Below are positions 56,856 through 64,000 of a stretch of DNA of 64,000 nt, piece after piece. The DNA is from the human T2T-CHM13v2.0 reference genome, Homo sapiens. The position numbers were made by a program, and so were the translations under genes. The notes below the pieces were generated by a model. The model made no database searches, was not told where the DNA came from, and worked only from the letters and a program-made list of their open reading frames with translations. The stretch lies in the NCBI RefSeq assembly GCF_009914755.1, contig NC_060940.1; one strand, given 5' to 3'. Numbering within the stretch: position 1 is the stretch's first letter; the number at the start of each line of letters is the position of its first letter.

Positions 56856-58013
56856 TGATCCACCCACCTTGGCCTCCCAAAGTCCTGGGATTACCGATGT
56901 GAACCACTGTGCCTGGCCTGTTTTTATTTTCTAAAGATGGGGTCTTGCTCTGTTGCCCAACCTAGAGTGTAGTGGCTATTCACAGATATTATCATAGCTC
57001 ACTGCATAGCTCACTGCAGAACCTGGGTTTACTGATGCACACCACTGCACCCAGCCTCACTGGGATTATAAAATAAGACAAAACTCCGTCCTCAAGGCTC
57101 ACATGATCTCATGGCCGAGTCAGAAAAGCCGACCAAGATCAGCACAAGTTGATATGTGAACACAGATATGAGGCAGCTCACCCAGCCTGGTGTGAAGCTA
57201 AGGAAGGCTTCCTGGAGGACGTCCCCAAGGAAGGTAGGAACAAGCCTGATGAGAGGCAGGGGAACCTGAATAGCACAGCTCATGCCTGTAATCTTAGCTA
57301 CCAAGAAGGCAGAGGCGGGAGGATATCTGGAATCCAGGTGTTCAAGACCAGCCCAGGCAACATAGCAAGACTCTTAAAAAAAAAAGACGCAGGGAGATCA
57401 TTTTCAGCAGAAAGAGCAGAAGATGAAAATGTCTGCAGGAGAGCTCTGTGGCCAGCAGTAAGATGTTCTGCAGGCCTGAGGAATGTTGTGGGGGATGGTG
57501 TGAGGATGAGCAGGCACAGCAGGAAGTGGGTCCAGACCACTTAAGGCTTCAGGACCACTGGAGACTGGATTTCCTGAGAAGGCCATGGGGGCCATAGAGA
57601 GGCTGGTTAAATTTATTTTATTTTTTCCAATTTAGCCTTGACTTGAAACTCATAAATTTGTTTTCTCTGAGACAGGGTCTCACTATGTTGCCCAGGCTGA
57701 ACTCAAACTCCTGGGCTTGAGCCATCCTCCTGCCTCAGTCTCCCGGGGTACTACAGGTGTAAGCCACCATGCCCGCCTGCCATAGAAAGGTTTTAAGCAG
57801 GACATTAACACTGTGAGGTCCTCTCTCTGTAGGGTGGGTTGGAGGGGAAAGGATTGAGAACAGAGAGACAGCACTTTGAGAGGCTGAGGCAGGTGGATCG
57901 CTTGAGGTCAGAAGTTCAAGAACAGCCTGGCCAACATGGTGAGATCCCGTCTCTACTAAAAATACAAAAATTAGCTGGGCGTGGTGGTGTGTGCCTGTAA
58001 TCCCAGCTATTCA

Positions 58014-58118
<105 letters not shown>

Positions 58119-58642
58119 TCAAAAAAAAAAAAAAAAAAAAGAAAGGAAAGATAGGATGCTGATGTCATAGCTAGAGGGAGATGACAGAGCCTCAAATGCA
58201 GGCAATGTTTGGGGACATAGAGAGGATAAAATTGATCAGAGAGGTGATATGCAGAGGCAGCCTATAGGACTTGGTTTTTATGGAAAGTGGGAGTAACGCT
58301 GAACCTTAAGAATGTCTGGGTTTCAAATGGCATGGAATGGCTGAGGTGTATTATTCATTCAGGATACTTATTAATGTCTATCATGGGTTCTTTCTGGGTG
58401 CTTGGAATACATCAGTGTTAAAAGAGACCAAAAAAAAAAAAAAGAAGACAATTCCCTGCCCTCGTGATCGTGAGGTTGATATTCCAGTGGGGGAGCAGGC
58501 AATAAATACCAAATCTAAATATGTACATTTTACAATATTAAAAAGTAGAACACATTGGGGGAAAGGCAGGGAAAGGATGGTCGGGAGAGTTGGGAAGGGA
58601 GGGGTGTCGATATTTTAAGTAGGGCAGTTAGAAAAGATCTCA

Positions 58643-58816
<174 letters not shown>

Positions 58817-59380
58817 TCAGGAGGCTGAGGAGGAAGGATCATTTGAGCCCAGGAGTTTGAGGCTGCAGTGAGCTATGATTGTGCCACTGCACTCCATCCT
58901 GGGCAACAGAGTTCAGAAAAAGAATAAAAAGAAGAAATCTCATTGAGAGGTGATATTTGACAAGAGTCTTGAAGGAGGCAGGAGTAATGGAGAGGGTGCG
59001 TTCTCTGTTCCAGAGGCTAGACTGAGGGAGGAGGCAGGCGGCGTGCACACCAGTTCCCAGGAGAGATGTTTCCCTTAGGTGGCCTTCCATGACATCCACC
59101 ACACACTTACGCTTCCATCTCATTTTCCAGGACTCACATACACGACCATCTCTGTCTCCAGGGAAGACTAGGCCATGCAGGGAGGGGAGATGGATGCCAA
59201 GCCAGGCGTCTGCCACCTCAGAAGGTGACACTTGAGCTGGGTGCTGGTGAATGAATGCACAGGCTTATTTCAGTGAGTAGAGATGATGAGGGGCATTCCA
59301 GGCAGAGGAAATGGAACGTAAAGGCAGAAAGGAGTGGAAAAGAATGTTTGGGAAAATACACGCTGGATGGAGTGACTGGA

Positions 59381-59464
59381 AGAGAGAGAGAGAGTGTGTG
59401 TGTGTGTGTGTGTGTGTTTGTGTGTGTATGTGTGTGTATGTGCGTGTGTATGTGCGTGTGTGTG
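59381..59464. repeat. (GA)n(GT)n compound microsatellite
   Basis: Directly visible. Confidence 0.95.
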
Positions 59465-59927
59465 GGTAAGGGTGAAGCACACACAGAGGTCACAGACTCA
59501 GATGCTCTCAGAGTTGAGGCAGGAAGTGAATGAGGCCAACAGAGATTAAGCAACAGGGAACAGTGGAGTCTGTGGCATCTTGGTGTGCTCAGCTCCCATC
59601 TGAAGTGGGTAGCTGTGATTTTGCTTCAAGTCGTATAATATAGGACCAAGGGGGCTGGATAGTCTAATTTCTTCTGAGCAGCCAAGAATCTAGATTTTTA
59701 TATAAAATCCTCCAGTTTTAACTAATTAAACATTTTAAGCATGCTAAGTGAACATGTCGGTAGCTTGGACATGGCCCATAGACAGCTGGTTTGTGTGGGG
59801 TAATATAGAACATAAGGGGGTGGACCCACAGTTCATTGCTGGAATCAAGCTAAATAAAATATCTCAAAGGGCAACAGGGGCAAGTTGAAAAGAAGAAGGA
59901 CGCTAGTTAGCCAGTTAAGACCGATCA

Positions 59928-60359
<432 letters not shown>

Positions 60360-60369
60360 TCACACTAAC

Positions 60370-60770
60370 TATCAGTCAGGATGGGCTAGGCTCTGCTCCA
60401 GTGACAAATAATCTCCAAACCTCAGCGGCTTCACACAACAAAACTGTATTTCTTGCTTATTCTACATGTCTAGCACAGGTCAGCAGAGGGACTCATTTCA
60501 TCGTTGTGCCCCGGGATCCGGGCTGATAGAGTCTCCATTTCAACCATTACAGAGGAAGGAAAAGAACTATAGCAAATCCCTCACTGTCTCTTCAAGCTTC
60601 TCCCCGGAAGAGACCCGTGTTATTCCACTCCCTTTTCATTGAAAAAAGCAAGTCACATGGAAAGCAAGTCACATGGACTCAACTAATTTCAAAGGAGTGG
60701 AAATGCAATCCTAGCAGTTTCTTGGGAGGAGAGAAGAACTGGAATATTTGGGGTTAGCTCTAATTACTAT
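60370..60770 (-). mobile_element. MLT1K-like MaLR LTR remnant
   Basis: tcagtcaggatgggctaggctctgctccagtgacaaataatctccaaacctcagcggctt...aaagcaagtcacatgg. Confidence 0.6.
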
Positions 60771-61486
60771 GTTGCCAGCCATGCTTCCAGGAGGTGGATG
60801 GAGAAACCACGAGACACATAACAGATCCAGCTCAGACTCCTGTGCTCCTTGATAGGCACATTTCCTCCTGGTCAGCAGATCTTTCTGGGAGGTGCAGCCA
60901 GGTGGACCATCCTCATGGCCGGTGGCATCCCCTGAGCCTCCAGCTGTACTCTAAGGTAAGTGCCTAGGTAAGGCACTTACACCCTACACCCTCTGCTCCC
61001 TGACCCTGGACAGTGTCCAAGACCACATAGACTGCTGTGTTTCTGCCCCATCTTTCGGAGTTGCCCTACACACATTCCCTTCGGATAAAGACTGTTCTGT
61101 CAGTTGTCTATGTCTTTCTTTTAAAAAAAATTGAGAAAGGGTCTTGCTCTGTCACTCATGCTGGAGTGCAGTGGCACAAACATGGCTCACTGCAGCCTGG
61201 ACCCTCCTGGGATTAAATGGTCCTCCTGCCTCAACCTCCCAAGAAGCTGGGAGTACACAGGTGCACAGCACCTGCCCAGATAATTTTTTGATTTTTTTTT
61301 TTTTTTATAAATACAGGGTCTCACCTTGTTGCCCAGGCTGGTCTGGAACTCCTGGGCTCAAGCAATCCTCCCAAAGTGCTGGGATTATAGGCATAAGCCA
61401 CTGTGCCCAGCCTGTTTACATCTTTCTAGATCCATTCACAGCCAGACAACACTGTGGTTGTTTTGATTGGATTTGGGATATTCTAG

Positions 61487-61715
<229 letters not shown>

Positions 61716-62059
61716 TAGCCAGGATGGTCTCGATCTCCTGACCTCGTGATCCACCTGCCTCAGCCTTCCAAAGTGCTGGGATTACAGCCGTGAGCCACCG
61801 TACCCGGGCCATAAGCACTTCTTGGTCATGAGTAATATCCTCTTTTTTTCTTTTTTTTCTTTTTTTTTATCCAGTGACTTGTAAATCAGAATGAGTAATG
61901 TCTTCAGGTGTTTAAACCTGATTCTTATTTTTTGCCTTTTTTCCTCCTCATTTTACTTTCAAACTTTGACTTTTCCTTTGTAATCCCCTGCAGCCTGATT
62001 CTTCCAACCATGGCCCTCATATTGAATTCACCATCCTCTCTCATCCTGCATTTAAGCCC

Positions 62060-62476
62060 TGCAACGGGCTAGCTTGTGTCTTCCCAAAATCTATATGTGG
62101 AAGTCCTAACACCCAGTACCTCAAAATGGGACTGTGTTTGGACACAGGGCCTTTAAGGAGGTGATCAAGGCAAATGAGGTCATATGGGTGAGCCCTAATA
62201 CGATATGACTGCTGTTCCCATAAGAAGAGATTAGGACGCCGACAAGCACAGAGGAAAGACCACATGAGGACGTGGGGAGAAGACGGCATCTACAAGCCAA
62301 GGAGAGAGGCCTCAGAAGAAACTGGTCCTGCTGATTTTGGCCTTCCAGCCCCCAGAACTGGAGGAAAATAAATTTCTGTTGCTTAAGTCACATAAATTTG
62401 TAGTAGTAATTTGTAGTAGTACAAATTACTACAGTCTGTAGTAATTTGTTGTGGCTGTCCCAGCAAACCAATATAA
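62060..62476 (+). mobile_element. MLT1B-like solo LTR
   Basis: gaagtcctaacacccagtacctca...ttaggac...tctacaagccaaggagagaggcctcagaagaaa. Confidence 0.8.
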
Positions 62477-62725
62477 GCCTTCCTCCCTACCAAAAAAACG
62501 ACCTTAATCCAGATTAAGTTTATATAGTGAAGGCTCCTATTGAAAAAATGGGATCTAGGTGGACAAGTGTTACTGCAATGTTGAGGCCTGGGAGGAGCAC
62601 ACGCCTTCCCAATGATCACCTTGGAGTGCAGTGATGAGTTCTAACGGTGTTTTCGCAAAGGGTGGTATATACACCGGTGGTACAGAAAATGAGGTTAACA
62701 GTTACACGGATGAGCATGATGTATA

Positions 62726-63362
62726 CAGTAGGCCCTCTCTATATTCATGAATTCCGCATTTGTGGCTTCAACCAACCAGGAATTGCATTGTACAGATTTT
62801 ATTTAAATTAATTAATTAATTAATTTTTGAGACAGGATCTTGCTCTGTCACCCAGGCTGGAGTGCAGTAGCATGATCTTGGCTCACTGCAACCTCCACCT
62901 CTTGGACTCAGGTAGATCTTCTCACCTCAGCTTCCTGAGTAGCTGGGACTACAGGTGGCAGTCAACACGCCTGGCTAATTTTTTGTAACTTCTTCTGGTA
63001 GAGATGGGGTTTCACCATGTTGCCCAGGCTGGTCTGTCTTTAACTCCTGGACTCAAGCAATCTGCCCGCCTTGGCCTCCCAAAGTGCTAGGATTACAAGT
63101 GTGAGCCACCATGCCCAGCCTGTACAGATTTTATATCTTGTCAGTACTGTAAAAAACACAGTATAATAGTTATTTATATAGCATTTACATTATATTAGGT
63201 ATTATGAGTAATCTAGAGATGATTTAAACTATGTAGGAGGATGTGCATAGGTCATATGCAGATCCTACACCATTTTATACAGGGACTTGTGCATCTGCAG
63301 ATTTTAGTGTCTGCAGGGGGTCAGGAGTGCCCTGGAACCAATACCCTCTGTGGAATGACTAT
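62726..63362. mobile_element. Tigger3-like element interrupted by an antisense Alu (62810-63120)
   Basis: Similar to 4361-4710; Alu TSD TGTACAGATTTTAT. Confidence 0.75.
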
Positions 63363-63557
63363 GTATATTTTAAATTAGAAAAAATATATTATTAACATAT
63401 CAAACCCATTCTTTTCATGGTTATTGTTTTTAATGAAGAGCTAAGTTAAAAAACAGGTAACTGATTTAAAGTTGATTTAAAAATTAGTTGGGTGGACCAG
63501 GCGTGGTGGCTCACGCCTGTAATCCTAGCACTTTGGGAGGCCGAGGCAGGCAGATCA

Positions 63558-63788
<231 letters not shown>

Positions 63789-64000
63789 TCAGTTGGGTGA
63801 TAAGTGAATATAGCAAAATATTCTTACAAATAACGAAGGTATATTCAAATGACTGACATCTGGGAAATGCTGAGCTAGGGCCTGATTGTGTTTCTGGGAG
63901 GATGAGTGTGTGTTGGCAGGGGCCCTTCCACGTGTACCCTCTTAACCTGCCACATGCCTGGTTATGGGTCTGAATGAACATTAATTTCAAAATGATTTGA

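Overview
Primate (human-like) repeat-rich genomic DNA containing the 5' end of N4BP1 (NEDD4-binding protein 1; KH/UBA/NYN RNase, recalled as 16q12.1) on the minus strand. Coding exon 1 (33448-33645) lies in a CpG-island promoter. Positions 1-33447 are N4BP1 intron 1, which holds processed pseudogenes of RPS2 and RSL24D1, an old L1, DNA transposons and a nested ERV cluster (a two-LTR LTR8-family provirus inside a MER21-like element). The upstream 30 kb is Alu-dense, with a second CpG island (~46.4-47.5 kb), L1PA fragments, MaLR LTRs and an AluYa5. No other protein-coding gene, structural RNA gene or CRISPR array is supportable. Most interesting signals: (i) two consensus ISREs in proximal intron 1, one apparently built from a MIR next to an AP-1 site; (ii) a Met-Val-stop uORF followed by a 5-tract G-quadruplex in the presumed 5' leader, and a palindromic Kozak that opens an antisense ORF; (iii) a cluster of short, locally templated insertions at 31-54 kb, including a serial copy-of-a-copy chain and a fold-back palindrome. 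Repeat subfamily names come from recalled consensus sequences and identities are estimated by eye; no searches were run.
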